Assembly: GCA_965116495.1 (NCBI GenBank)
Contig: OZ220696.1
Span: forward strand, 1,536,001 to 1,600,000
Direction of reading: 5' to 3'
Origin: Gammaproteobacteria bacterium
GTDB lineage: Bacteria; Pseudomonadota; Gammaproteobacteria; Eutrophobiales; Eutrophobiaceae
Length of the DNA stretch: 64,000 nucleotides
Below the pieces are notes generated by a model. That model saw only the letters and a list, made by a program, of their open reading frames with translations, was not told the origin of the DNA and ran no database searches. Of the stretch, positions 46,498-58,584 are shown piece after piece. Made by a program: the position numbers and the translations under genes. Within the stretch, counting starts at the first letter, position 1. Each line of letters begins with the position of its first letter.

Positions 46498-49400
46498 TCA
46501 GAACAGGAAGTCACTCGCATCCAGGTTGGTGATGTCGAAATCGACCAGCAGGATCGTGCCACCGTCGTGGGCTGACATGTCTATTATGAGCCCAGATATG
46601 GACACATTTGGACGGGATGTGGCGGAGGACAGGTTGATATCATCAAATCCAGACAGGTTGAAGGCGCTGAGGTCGATTTTATCTTCATCGTTGACAAAGT
46701 AGATGGTATCGTCTCCATGGCCGACATCGAAGATAAACACGTCAACGCTTCCATCACTCTCATTAGACCACTCAATATGTCCGGCCAAGTAATCGTTTCC
46801 GACACCACCGTCTAAGAGGTCGGCACCAGCGCGGCCTATCAAGACGTCATGGCCTCTCCCCCCGTGAATATTATCATCGCCGTCGTATCCGAAGATGGAA
46901 TCATTACCCTCATCACCGTAAATGATGTCATCGCCGCCATATCCGAGGATGGCATCATTACCCTCACCACCGTAAAGGGTGTCATTGCCATCTCCCCCGT
47001 GGATTTGATCATCCCCCTCACCCCCATAGATGCTATCATTGCCGATAAGACCGTGCAGAAAGTCATCACCGCCATTGCCGTGCATCTCATCGTCACCAGC
47101 AAAGCCTAGCAGGGAATTATCGCTGTTGTCACCTGTCAATACATCTCCTTGATTGGAACCTCTTATGCTCTCAATATTGACAATCACATCACCTTCGGCG
47201 TGACCACCCTTGCTTGTACCCTCTTCGAGATTTATGGTCACTCCGGTATCCGAAGCCAGATATGATGCCGTATCGGAACCCCCACCACCGTCCAGCATAT
47301 CCGCGCCGGCTCCTCCAACCAGCCAATCATCTCCACCATTTCCGTGAAGCTCATCGTCTCCAGCATAACCGTAAAACGTGTTATTTTTGTGATCACCAGT
47401 CAATACATCTTTGTAATCAGTACCACTAACGTCCTCAACACCTGTAATAACATCCCCTTCTGCACTACCTCCCTTGCCGGTACCGTCCAAGAGGTTGACT
47501 GTGACACCCACATCTGACGGCAAATAGTCTATCCAGTCTATCCCTTCACCTCCGTCCAACCGATCAGCGCCGCCGCCACCATGAAGTCTGTCGTCGCCAG
47601 CGCCCCCTACAAGGTGATTAGCGCCGTCATCACCTCTTATTGCATCTGCATAATCAGTGCCAATCACATTCTCAATACTTCTGATCACGTCACCTTGCGC
47701 ATGACCGCCTTCAACCGTATTCTCTACCAGATTGACGATGATGCCTTGGTCCGAATCCTCATACGACAGCGTATCAATACCCTCTCCGCCGTCCAACTGA
47801 TCGGCCCCAGCGCCACCCTGTAATACGTCATCACCAGCATTGCCGTACAACTCATCCGCGCCGTCCAACCCATATAACATATTGCCAACCCCATCACCCC
47901 GTAACACGTCGTCGTAACCGGAACCCATCAGGTTTTCAATCGCAGTGAGCACGTCTCCCTCGGCATCCCCGCCCCCCACCGTACCCATCGCAAGGTTTAT
48001 TCTCACCCCTGCGCCCGAGCCCAAATAAGAGACCCAGTCAAGGCCCCTGCCCCCATCCAGCCGGTCGGCACCCGCATTGCCGTATAACCAGTCATCGCCG
48101 GCACCGCCCTCCAACTCGTCATCACCGTCATCCCCATACAAGCTGTCAGCACCCGCACCACCGAACAGTTGGTCTTTATCTACTCCCCCGTGCAGTTCAT
48201 CATTGCCCCCATCACCATGCAGGACATCCGCGCCCGCGCCACCGTGTAATGCATCATCACCCCCGGCGCCCTCCAGACGATTTGCACCGGCATCACCCGT
48301 CAGGCTATCCCGGTAACCAGAGCCTGTTACGTTCTCCATACCTGTAAACGTATCCCCCTCGGCATAACCGCCTGCCGCCGTGCCCGCGGCCAGGTCCACC
48401 CGTACTCCTGCCACGGATAAGCGGTAGGACAAAGTGTCCGCGCCTGCTCCTCCATCCAGGCGGTCGGCGCCGGCGCCCCCTGCCAGTACGTCATCACCAC
48501 CGTTGCCACGCAGTTCATCAGCGCCCCCGTTACCGGCCAGCTCATTGGCGCTGTCATCACCTGTCAGCACATCCGGGAGGGCAGACCCAGCGATATTCTC
48601 AATCCCGCTGATGACGTCACCCTCAGCATGACCACCGGCGACCGTATTGTTGTAGAGGTCAACCGTCACGCCCGTGTCCGAACGTAGGTAGACCACCCAG
48701 TCCGGCCCGCCCCCACCATCCAGCCGATCAGCGCCCGGCCCGCCTTCCAATGCATCGTTGTCGGCGCCACCCCGAAGCTCGTCGTTGCCTCCTGCGCCGT
48801 ACAGTTCATTGGCTCCACTGTCGCCAGTCAATATATCCTCATAACCAGACCCTGCGATATTCTCTATCCCGGTAAACGTGTCACCTTGTGCATGACCGCC
48901 AACCGCCGTGTTGTCAGCCAGATTCACTGTTACACCCGCATCCGATGTCAAATAAACCGCCCAATCCAGACCGGCACCCCCATCCAATCGGTCTCCACCG
49001 GTGCCGCCCTCCAGCACATCGTCGCCTTCATTGCCCCGAAGTTCATCGTCACCCCCAAGGCCGTACAACTCATTGGCACCAGCATCACCCGTCAATACAT
49101 CCCGGTACTCAGAGCCCATCACATGCTCAATACCGGTGAATACATCACCTTGCGCATCACCGCCCGCTGATGTCCGCTCCCCAAGATTGACCGTGACCCC
49201 TGCAGCCGACAACTCGTAGGACAACCCGTCCAGGCCGGCGCCCCCATCCAACTGATCGATGCCACTGCTGCCTAACAACCAGTCATTGCCATCTCCTCCC
49301 ACCAGAACATCCTCACCACCCGCGCCCCAAAGCCGATCATCCCCTCCTTTGCCTTCCAACCTGTTGGCATTGCCATCACCCCGCAACACGTCAGCAAAGC

Positions 49401-51954
49401 CCGACCCGCTCAGGTTTTCTATATTCTCAATCACGTCACCTTGCGCATCACCGCCCTCTGCCGTGCCTGCCGCAAGGTCTACCGTTACTCCCTCATTCGA
49501 ACCTTGATAAGAGGCCCAGTCCAACCCCGCACCGCCATCCAGCCTGTCGCCGCCGCTGCCTCCCTCCAGCCGATTGTCCTCATCGTCACCCACCAGCACA
49601 TCATCGTGGGCAGAACCAATGATGTTCTCAATCTCAGTCAATACGTCTCCCTCGGCATGACCGCCCTCTGCCGCGCGTTCCGCCAGGTTAATTGTTACCC
49701 CTGCATCCGAATCACGATACGCCGCCCAGTCCATCCCCGCATCCCCGTTCAGACGGTCCGCGCCGGCGCCACCTTGCAGGATGTCATCACCGCCACTGCC
49801 CCAAATCCGGTCATTGCCTGCACGCCCGTTCAGGTCGTTGGCAATCGCATTGCCGGCAATCAGGTCATCTCCGGAACCGGCAATAACGTTCTCTATCCAG
49901 GTATCCCGTGCAATAATCACGTTCCCAATCAGGCCGTATACATCGGAGATACCTTCCGGACGCAGGTAGATGCGCTGGTCGTTCGTATCCGTGCGCACGT
50001 CCAGAGTATCGGTGCCGCCGTTGTCGTAAATCGTGAAGGTGGTTGGTCTAGCGAGGCTTTGGGGTGAAAATTTGGGGTTCTCCACTGTGCCGGTATTTTT
50101 ATAATAAGCAATGACGCCATCCTGATTGCCAACAATGAAGTCAAGATTGCCATCACCATTCAGATCACCAAATTCAATCCCAAGAAAAAAACCTGCATTG
50201 ATTCCTTGGAAAGGATTATCAAAATCTCTGCGCTGGGTGAAATCCGGCTCGGTTGTTGTGCCGGTGTTCTCGAAATAGAGGACGCCACCACCTCTATTCC
50301 CGACGATGAGGTCAAAATCGTCGTCATTATCAACATCGACAAATACGGGCGAGTTATAAGAGCCTTCATTGATGTTGTTAAGAGGACTGGACGTACCGGT
50401 CCGTAATGCAAATTCAGGATTGGTCTTCGTGCCGGTGTTCTCATAGTAAGGAACGTCACCGTCATTGGTGCCGACAGCAAGGTCACTATCGCCGTCGCCA
50501 TCCAGATCTGCAAATGCGAGTGTGCTCCATGATCCCATTGTGATATTGCTAAACGGATTGGCCGCGTCGGAGCGTTGTATAAAGTGGCCAGAGGTCGCAG
50601 CGCCGGTATTCTCGAAATAAGCGATAGCATCATTGCCATCACCAACGATGATGTCCAGGTCACCATCGCCGTCAAGGTCGGTGAAGGTCGGGGCGCTGTA
50701 AGACTGCACCGAAATGCCCTCCAAAGGGTTGTTTACGCCGGTGCGTTCCGTAAAATCAGGGTTGGCAGGCGTACCGATGTTTTCAAAGTAATACAGCAGG
50801 CCAGTGTTATTACCGCCCACAAGGTCCAGGTCACCATCACCGTCAAGGTCGGCCAATGCCAGCTTAAGAGCTTGATGATCAACGTTACTTGGCACTTCTA
50901 CACTGAAGAAGGGATTTTCCTCCCCGGTCCATAATCTGAAGTATTCACCCAGGTAACCGTCCACGTTAGATTGGTAGCCGTAAATGGTATCGCCTGTGTT
51001 GATTGTGTCAGGCACACCGTAAAGATCCTGGATGGCGATGATGTCCACTATCATTGGAGTGACAGATTCAGCAGAGCTTGCTCTCAAGTAGGTGTTATCA
51101 CCTTGGTTTACATACGACATTATCGACAGCTGATCAGAGTCATTCACGAAGATGTTGTGATAGCCGTAATAAAATGGACTGCCGTTGTAGGGACCGGGAT
51201 GACCGAGGCCGAGAGCATGACCAGTTTCATGAAAATAGACATAGAAGGTGTAACTATCAATCGTTGTTCCATGCTCAATGAGATGGAATTCCGGAACACT
51301 CACCATCGAAGATTCGATAAGCCCATCACCGTGTACAACTCCCGCGTGTGCCCAATCTAAATCATCAGTAAATGTAATATGGGCAGTATCATCATCGACA
51401 AACTCGAAAGTAATGCTGGTGACGCTGTCCCAAGCCTCAATTGCCCATCGGGCTAGTCGTTGACCCTCTTCAGTCAGGGCGGTGATATTAACGGTCAAAC
51501 TACCGCCAGGTTCAACGTCAAAAGCGATCCTTGAGCCCCAGTAGCCATCGGTCAGATACCCGGCAATCTCGTCATAACTACCCACAGGGATGGTGTTTTC
51601 AGTGAGAGCAAGCTCATAGACACCCGTGACAGCATCATCGTAACTGCCTACCCCGAGATAATACGTCCCACTGACACTCGGACTGAAGATCAGCTTTGTG
51701 CCGGAGGGAGTGTAGCCACCAGAGACTATCCAGTTCCCGGAAGCATCAAACAGCGCCAATTCGGCCGAATCGACATCCTCAACGGTAAAGCCGAGAGTAA
51801 AATCGTATATCGTCTCCGCGCTCAGTTCGACCTTGATCCAGTCTTTGTCACCCCCTGAATCGAGCGTTCCCTGAAATATGTCTCCCAGCGAAATCGTGTA
51901 AGAGGTTCCAGCAGCCGCACCGGCATCGCCTCTGTCTTCTTTAATCACGGCCAT
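46498..51954 (-). CDS. Giant secreted protein B, paralog of A (M10 + FG-GAP + RTX)
   Basis: HETGHALGLGH, SIMSY, FG-GAP and RTX repeats, C-terminal DFLF. Confidence 0.92.
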   Translation of the reverse strand: MAVIKEDRGDAGAAAGTSYTISLGDIFQGTLDSGGDKDWIKVELSAETIYDFTLGFTVEDVDSAELALFDASGNWIVSGGYTPSGTKLIFSPSVSGTYYLGVGSYDDAVTGVYELALTENTIPVGSYDEIAGYLTDGYWGSRIAFDVEPGGSLTVNITALTEEGQRLARWAIEAWDSVTSITFEFVDDDTAHITFTDDLDWAHAGVVHGDGLIESSMVSVPEFHLIEHGTTIDSYTFYVYFHETGHALGLGHPGPYNGSPFYYGYHNIFVNDSDQLSIMSYVNQGDNTYLRASSAESVTPMIVDIIAIQDLYGVPDTINTGDTIYGYQSNVDGYLGEYFRLWTGEENPFFSVEVPSNVDHQALKLALADLDGDGDLDLVGGNNTGLLYYFENIGTPANPDFTERTGVNNPLEGISVQSYSAPTFTDLDGDGDLDIIVGDGNDAIAYFENTGAATSGHFIQRSDAANPFSNITMGSWSTLAFADLDGDGDSDLAVGTNDGDVPYYENTGTKTNPEFALRTGTSSPLNNINEGSYNSPVFVDVDNDDDFDLIVGNRGGGVLYFENTGTTTEPDFTQRRDFDNPFQGINAGFFLGIEFGDLNGDGNLDFIVGNQDGVIAYYKNTGTVENPKFSPQSLARPTTFTIYDNGGTDTLDVRTDTNDQRIYLRPEGISDVYGLIGNVIIARDTWIENVIAGSGDDLIAGNAIANDLNGRAGNDRIWGSGGDDILQGGAGADRLNGDAGMDWAAYRDSDAGVTINLAERAAEGGHAEGDVLTEIENIIGSAHDDVLVGDDEDNRLEGGSGGDRLDGGAGLDWASYQGSNEGVTVDLAAGTAEGGDAQGDVIENIENLSGSGFADVLRGDGNANRLEGKGGDDRLWGAGGEDVLVGGDGNDWLLGSSGIDQLDGGAGLDGLSYELSAAGVTVNLGERTSAGGDAQGDVFTGIEHVMGSEYRDVLTGDAGANELYGLGGDDELRGNEGDDVLEGGTGGDRLDGGAGLDWAVYLTSDAGVTVNLADNTAVGGHAQGDTFTGIENIAGSGYEDILTGDSGANELYGAGGNDELRGGADNDALEGGPGADRLDGGGGPDWVVYLRSDTGVTVDLYNNTVAGGHAEGDVISGIENIAGSALPDVLTGDDSANELAGNGGADELRGNGGDDVLAGGAGADRLDGGAGADTLSYRLSVAGVRVDLAAGTAAGGYAEGDTFTGMENVTGSGYRDSLTGDAGANRLEGAGGDDALHGGAGADVLHGDGGNDELHGGVDKDQLFGGAGADSLYGDDGDDELEGGAGDDWLYGNAGADRLDGGRGLDWVSYLGSGAGVRINLAMGTVGGGDAEGDVLTAIENLMGSGYDDVLRGDGVGNMLYGLDGADELYGNAGDDVLQGGAGADQLDGGEGIDTLSYEDSDQGIIVNLVENTVEGGHAQGDVIRSIENVIGTDYADAIRGDDGANHLVGGAGDDRLHGGGGADRLDGGEGIDWIDYLPSDVGVTVNLLDGTGKGGSAEGDVITGVEDVSGTDYKDVLTGDHKNNTFYGYAGDDELHGNGGDDWLVGGAGADMLDGGGGSDTASYLASDTGVTINLEEGTSKGGHAEGDVIVNIESIRGSNQGDVLTGDNSDNSLLGFAGDDEMHGNGGDDFLHGLIGNDSIYGGEGDDQIHGGDGNDTLYGGEGNDAILGYGGDDIIYGDEGNDSIFGYDGDDNIHGGRGHDVLIGRAGADLLDGGVGNDYLAGHIEWSNESDGSVDVFIFDVGHGDDTIYFVNDEDKIDLSAFNLSGFDDINLSSATSRPNVSISGLIIDMSAHDGGTILLVDFDITNLDASDFLF

Positions 51955-51999
51955 TTATCAGCCCGTCCCCTCTGCCTGAATTCAAACAACAGCGCTTTT

Positions 52000-52138
52000 T
52001 ATTAGACCATATACGATGAAACTTTGGAATGTAGTCTTCCAGGAATTCACGCTTGTAGCCGACAGGCTCCCGTTCATAAATCGGACGGCGTACATAGTCC
52101 CGGAAGGCGAGGCTAGAATCGAAGTCGATATCAATGAG
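52000..52138 (-). pseudogene. Short gene remnant, possibly from a Fic-family protein
   Basis: Start-less frame reads LAFRDYVRRPIYEREPVGYKREFLEDYIP; resemblance recalled, not verified. Confidence 0.35.
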
Positions 52139-52159
52139 CTATAGGCAGCCCAGGGTCTT

Positions 52160-54078
52160 TCAGAAGATAAAGTCGTTCTCATTAATCAGCGCGGCGTCTA
52201 CTCCTGTCAGGGTGACTTGACTGTCCGTGTCTGTCACCTGAACCACCGCATCGCCATCGCTGTTGTTTGACACGGTCAGGTCGGCATACTGCAAGTCCAG
52301 GGCAGTGAAGTCCATCAGGTCGGTCCCATCTTCAAAATCCGTTATCCGGTCCTGACCAAAGCCCGGGCCCGTGAACGCGAACTCTTGCTCCGACGCAGGC
52401 TCGCTCTCGAGCGCATCCCCCGCCTCCCGATTGATGAACACAAAATCGTCCTCTCCCACCTGCCCGGCATCAACGCCTGCCAGAACGATGGCGTCCTTTG
52501 TGCCATCCACGCTTATCACGGCGCTACCGCCGGCGTTGTTCGCGACCGACAAGTCACTCCACTGCAGGCCGTGCAGCTTCAGCAGATCGGTTCCATCCTC
52601 GAAATCGCCGATGCGGTCCCGGCCAAAGCCCGGTTGCTCATAGACGAAAAAATCCGCACCCTCACCACCGTAGAGAATATCCTTGCCCTCGCCCCCTTGC
52701 AGACGGTCCCGGCCATCGCCGCCATACAACTCATCGTTGCCGTTCTCACCCCAGAGCTTGTCCCGGCCCTTGCCGCCATACAAGGTGTCATGGCCCTTGC
52801 CGCCATACAGCCGGTCATTCCCCACACCGCCGTACAAGGTGTCTGAGTGTTTATCACCCCAGAGACGGTCATTGCCGGCGTTGCCATGCAGAATGTCATT
52901 ACCCAGGTTGCCCGATATCCGGTCATTGTTACCCAGACCTTCAATGCGGTCGTCCCCGGCCAGACCGTTGATGACATCGGCGCCGGTCGTGCCGCTCAGC
53001 CGGTTCGCTTCCGAGGTGCCATTGATAACCGTTCTGGCCGGTGCGGGCGCCTTCGGGTCGTCGAACACGAAACGGTCGGCGCCGGCCCCACCGGTCATCA
53101 CGTCGTTGCCCGCCCCCGCGATCAGGACGTTATCGGCCTCATTGCCCGTCAAACTATCATTGCCACTGCCCGACGTGGCATTCTCGATCACCACACCGTT
53201 GGCGATGACATAGCCACCAGGGATTTTCCATGCCCAGGAAACGTAGCCCCCGCCGCCGGGTTCATACTCAAGCGTGGCCGCGCGCAAGTCGATCACGGCA
53301 TTGGCGGCGCCTGTGTACTCAATCGTGTCAATCCCGCCGGTATCCCAGATAGCGTGATAGCCGTTTGCCGCCGCGCGGGTGGCGGCCATTGTGTAAACGT
53401 CATCGCCCGCCGCGTGGGTGGTGTTGGCGCCATACATGTTTTGCAGGGCGGCAATGTCCAGTGCACCAAACGTGGCAATGGCAGAGCCATCGCCTGGATT
53501 GTCTGGGCGGCCGTTCCAGCTACCGTTATAGGTGCTGTTGTACGATGTCACGGTGAATATCGTCTGGTCCAGCCCGTAACCGGCTTTTATGACCTTGGTG
53601 GAGTTGCCCGTATCATGCGGGTGGCCCAAGCCCAGACCATGCCCTATTTCATGGATGACGGTGAGGTAGAACCTCCCTCCCTGGTCGAATTGGCCGCCGG
53701 GTTTATCACTCCAGTCGCGGTCTCTGGTGTTTGCCATGCCTTCCTTGCCATCGCCGTTAATGGGGAAACGAAACTGACCCGATTGCAGGCCGCGGCCAAT
53801 GTGTTCACCACCCAGAATTATGCTGTTCTCTTTGCTGCCATCGAAAACCCCGAATTTGAGGTCGGCAGAATCCCAATCCGTGGTGAGCTGGAAATCAACG
53901 TTGATAAAGGTTTCCAGATTTTCGAAGACCAGATTTGGGTTTTCTCATAGTCGGTCATATTACGGGCGTGGTACCACTGCATCGCAAGGTCACCTTCCTT
54001 GAATAAATACACCAGGACCGGACCCGATATATTCAGCTTGTGTTTTCCCTCAATGGCGTCAACAGGTTTATCGCTCAT
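52160..54078 (-). pseudogene. Serralysin-like M10 protease D with RTX repeats, frameshifted near 53930
   Basis: ATG 54078 (GGAG RBS) MSDKPVDAIEG..YEKTQIW switches frame to VFENLETFINVDF..EGMANTRD; HEIGHGLGLGH; Met-turn reads TVTSY; ends DFIF. Confidence 0.8.
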
Positions 54079-54442
54079 AATCATCTCCAGCCGTGGTGCT
54101 ACAGGCGGCTTCAGGACAGGGCGGGCGGTTCTAGCATAAATATCACTCCAGTCCACCCGGTTTGCGTCTTCGTGCCGCGTATGCGGCGGGGGGATAACAT
54201 CATGGCTGATCGCCGAAAGACGGTTCCGGTCAAAGCGCACAGGCGCAGGCGACCGCAGTAACCGATACAGCCCCGTACTCAGTGCGGGGCTTTTGAACTT
54301 TGCCCTCATCCTTCGGCACTATCGTATATAATTCCCCAATAAAACATGAAATTATGCGGCAGCCGGAACCGATACCAGCACCAGTATGGCTCCGGGCTAT
54401 GACTTTTAGTGAATGGGACGAGCGTGTGGGGATTAACGAGAT

Positions 54443-57400
54443 ATGGCTACTATCAGAGAGAACAACGGTGATGCATCGCCAAATTCCGGAACTCAATACG
54501 AGCTGTCTGTCGGAGATGTATTTGAGGGAAAGCTGAACCCCGTCAGCGACAAGGACTGGCTTCGCGTCGAACTGGCCGCCGGGACGATTTACGACGTTAT
54601 TCTGAATGGCGTCTATTCGGCCCAACTCACCATCCTCGATGCACAGGGTAATGAGATGGCCTACGGCGTCAGTAACTTCGATTACACGAAAATCAAGATA
54701 TTCACCCCGGATGCCAGCGGCACATATTACATCGGCATAGCCAGCAGCAATGCCGAGCACACGGCTAACTACCAGTTATCGTTTGACGAGAATCCGATCA
54801 CAACCGTCAGCCATGATGTGATTGCCGAGTATATGTCAAGTCGCTGGCCCAATGAGCAGGCTTTTGACGTGGTGTCCGGTGGTGTACTGACCGCCGATAT
54901 CACTGCCCTGAACGAAGCAGGACAACAACTGGCCCGCTGGGCGCTGGACGCGTGGAGTAACGTTTCCGGCATCACGTTTAAATTGGTTGCTGACGATGAT
55001 GCCCACATTACCTTTGACGACAACCAGGACAACGAAGCGTCTGCAACCGCCAATCGCAGCACCAGTGAAGGTTTCATCGTGTCTGCGCGGATCAACGTGC
55101 CGGCGAGCTGGATCCCCGACGACGGGGCCAGGATGGACAGCCATGTTTTCTATGCTTATTTGCATGAGATCGGCCATGCCCTCGGCCTTGACCACCCGGG
55201 CCCTTACAACGCGAATTACCTGGCTTTAATCGACAAGATATTCCTGAATGACACGTACCAGACAACGGTGATGTCATATTTTCGCCAGGACCATGACCAG
55301 TTCGTAGACGCCAGTTTTGCCTATCCCGTGACACCGATGGTCGCGGATATTATCGCGATACAGGGCCTGTATGGCGTACCCGATGACCTTAATCCGGGTG
55401 ATACGATTTACGGCTATGGCGCCGATGTCGAAGGCTACCTGGGCGAACTGTTCGAGCTTTGGACCGGCGAGGGGGATTCATCTTTCGAAAACCCCGTCAC
55501 TCTGACGCTGTACGACAGCGGTGGTATCGATACCCTGGATCTGCGCACCGACAGCGCCGACCAACAGGTTGACCTGAGACCCGAGAGGTTCTCGGACGTG
55601 TACGGTCTGGTCGGTAACCTGATCATCGCGCAGGACACGTTGATAGAAAACTTCATCAGTGGATCCGGGGATGACGTAGTGACCGGTAACGATGCCGCGA
55701 ACTACCTGCAGGGACGGGACGGTAACGACGATCTGAGCGGCGGCCGCGGCGACGATGTGCTGGAAGGCGGCGCCGGCGCGGACCGGCTGGATGGGGGCCC
55801 CGGTACGGACTGGGCGTCCTACCACGGGTCGAATACTGCTGTGACAATCGATCTTGGGCAGAAAACGCTGACCGGAGGCCATGCTGAGGGCGACGTGCTG
55901 GTCAATATCGAGAACATCATCGGCTCTGGTTATGCCGATGTCCTGACCGGGAATGACGGCGCCAACAGCCTGGAAGGGGGTGCGGGCGCGGACCGGTTGG
56001 AAGGGGCGCCGGTGAGGATACCGCCTCGTACGCGCAGTCGGCTGCCGGGGTGACCGTGCGCCTGCACTCGGGTGAGGTACGGGGCGGTGACGCCGTAGGC
56101 GATACCTTCGCGGCGATGGTGACGGTCGAGTATATTGACGGTGACGGTGACACCCGGCAGGAAACCGTTCCCGACATTGAGCATCTCCTGGGCTCGAAGC
56201 ACGCCGATACCCTGGCCGGCGACAGCCGAGCCAACCGGCTGGCAGGGGGCGACGGGGATGACAGGTTGTACGGCGGTCCCGGAGGCGGTGATGATGTGCT
56301 GCTGGGCGGACCCGGCGCCGATGCCCTGTTTGGCGGTATCGGTGACGATGTAATGGAAGGGGGGGCGGATGCGGACACGCTCAGAGGCGGGCCCGGCGCC
56401 GATACGGCTTCGTATGCGCAGTCGGCTGCCGGTGTTGAAGTCCGTCTGTATGACGGTACGGTCAAGGGAGGTGATGCCGAGGGGGATGTGCTGGATGGGA
56501 TTGAGAACCTGACCGGGTCTGCTTATGCGGACACCCTGGAAGGTGATAGTAGCGCCAACCGCCTGGACGGCGGACCCGGGATAGACTGGGTATCCTACCG
56601 GGGCTCGGATGCGGCGGTGACGGTGAAGCTCAGGGACGGCACCGGGGCAGGCGGTCATGCCGAGGGTGATGCCATTGTCAACGTTGAGAATGTAGCAGGC
56701 TCTGATTACAACGACGTGCTGGGAGGCGACAGTGGAGCCAACCATCTCGCAGGTGGGGACGGCAATGACGGGCTCTGGGGCAGCAGTGGCGATGACGTCC
56801 TGGAGGGGGGCGCGGGGACAGACCGGATGTTCGGCGGTATCGGTGTGGACTGGGTGATTTATACAGGCTCGGATGCAGGGGTGACGGTGAACCTTGAGGA
56901 CGGCACCGGGGCAGGCGGACACGCCGAAGGCGACACCATTGCCGAGGTTGAGAATGTAAACGGATCCGGCTTCAACGACGTGCTGCAAGGCAATGAAGGT
57001 ATCAACCGGCTGAACGGTGGTGACGGCGACGATGAGCTGGAGGGCGGCGAGGGTGACGACATCCTGGAAGGTGGCGCAGGCGCCGACCGATTGGATGGCG
57101 GTAACGGGATTGATACGGCAATTTATCAAGCTTCAGATGCGGCAGTGACGGTGAATCTCGGCACCGACACGGCGGCCGGAGGCCATGCACAAGGCGATGT
57201 GTTTACCAGCATCGAGAGAATCATCGGTTCAATATATGGCGATAACCTGGTTGGGGGGAGCGGCATTGATCGGCTTGATGGTGCTGAGGGTGACGATGTA
57301 CTGCAAGGCGGCGACGGCGGCGACCGGCTGGACGGCGGTGCTGGTTCGGACACGGTAAGCTATCGGAATTCAACTGCAGCGGTAACAGTGAACTTCGGCA

Positions 57401-58584
57401 ATGACACATTTGCCGGCGGCCATGCCGAGGGTGATACGGTCGTCAACGTCGAAAATCTGGAGGGATCGAACTACGATGATGTGCTGACCGGCGACAGCAA
57501 CGCAAACCGGCTGTACGGCGGTGAGGGCAACGACATCCTGGAGGGTGGTGCGGGTATCGACCGGCTGGATGGCGGACCGGGGGTGGACACGGTGTCATAT
57601 GAAAACTCCAGTGATGGGATATTGGTTAACCTGCTGTTCAACAAGGGTTCGCTAAATGCCTACAACGACAGGAGCGAAGAAATTGTCAATATCGAAAACG
57701 TGATTGGGTCTGAATACTGGGATTCCATCAGGGGAGACAGCGGTGAGAATGATTTGTACGGTCGTGCCGGCAACGACGATCTTAATGGTGGAGCAGGTAA
57801 CGACAGACTGTTTGGTGAGGATGGTGAAGATCAGCTATGGGGGTTGACCGGCGCCGACCGGCTGGATGGTGGAGATGGTGTAGATATTGCGGTTTACTGG
57901 GTTTCCGACACTGCAGTAACCATAAGCCTCGAAGATGGGACGGGACAAGGTGGCCATGCCGAGGGCGATGTGCTGGTCGCCGTGGAAAATCTCTGGGGGT
58001 CCGACCACGATGATACGCTGTCCGGCGATAGCGGCGCCAACCGTTTGTACGGCGGCAAGGGCAACGATGATCTGCGTGGCAACGGCGGCAACGACATACT
58101 GGAAGGTGATGTTGGCGCAGACCGGCTGGACGGCGGACCGGGTATGGACATGGTCTCTTACAGTTTGTCAAATGAAGGCGTAACGGTAAAGCTGGGGGAA
58201 GACGTCATAGAAGGGGGTCATGCCGAGGGCGACACATTCGTCAGCATAGAGGGTATAGAGGGGTCCGGCTATGATGACATACTGGCAGGCGATAACGGCG
58301 CCAACAGACTGGCGGGTGGATACGGTGATAATGTATTGGAAGGTGGCGACGGGCCGGATCAATTCATCTTCGATTGGGTCAACGGCGACGACACCATCCT
58401 GGATTTCGCCGATAATGAAGACCTCATAGACCTCAGCGCAACCGACCTATCCGGTTTTGATGCGCTTATCCTGTCATCCGACTCCAACGGCGTGACGATA
58501 CACATGACGACGTCAGGCGGCGGGTCGATATTTCTGGAGGGCTTCGACATCGCCAACCTCGACGCATCGGACTTTATCTTCTGA
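54443..58584 (+). pseudogene. M10-RTX paralog C without the FG-GAP insert, split by a 1-nt frameshift at 56003-56006
   Basis: HEIGHALGLDH, TVMSY; adding one G to GAAGGGGCGCC restores EGGAGEDTASYAQSAAGVTV and joins the two ORFs (~1380 aa); ends DFIF. Confidence 0.85.

Noticed and set aside
39644-58584. Diversity-generating retroelement or shufflon behind the repeated tracts
   Set aside because: No reverse transcriptase or recombinase, and no adenine-specific differences noticed; paralogy and RTX repeats explain the similarity.
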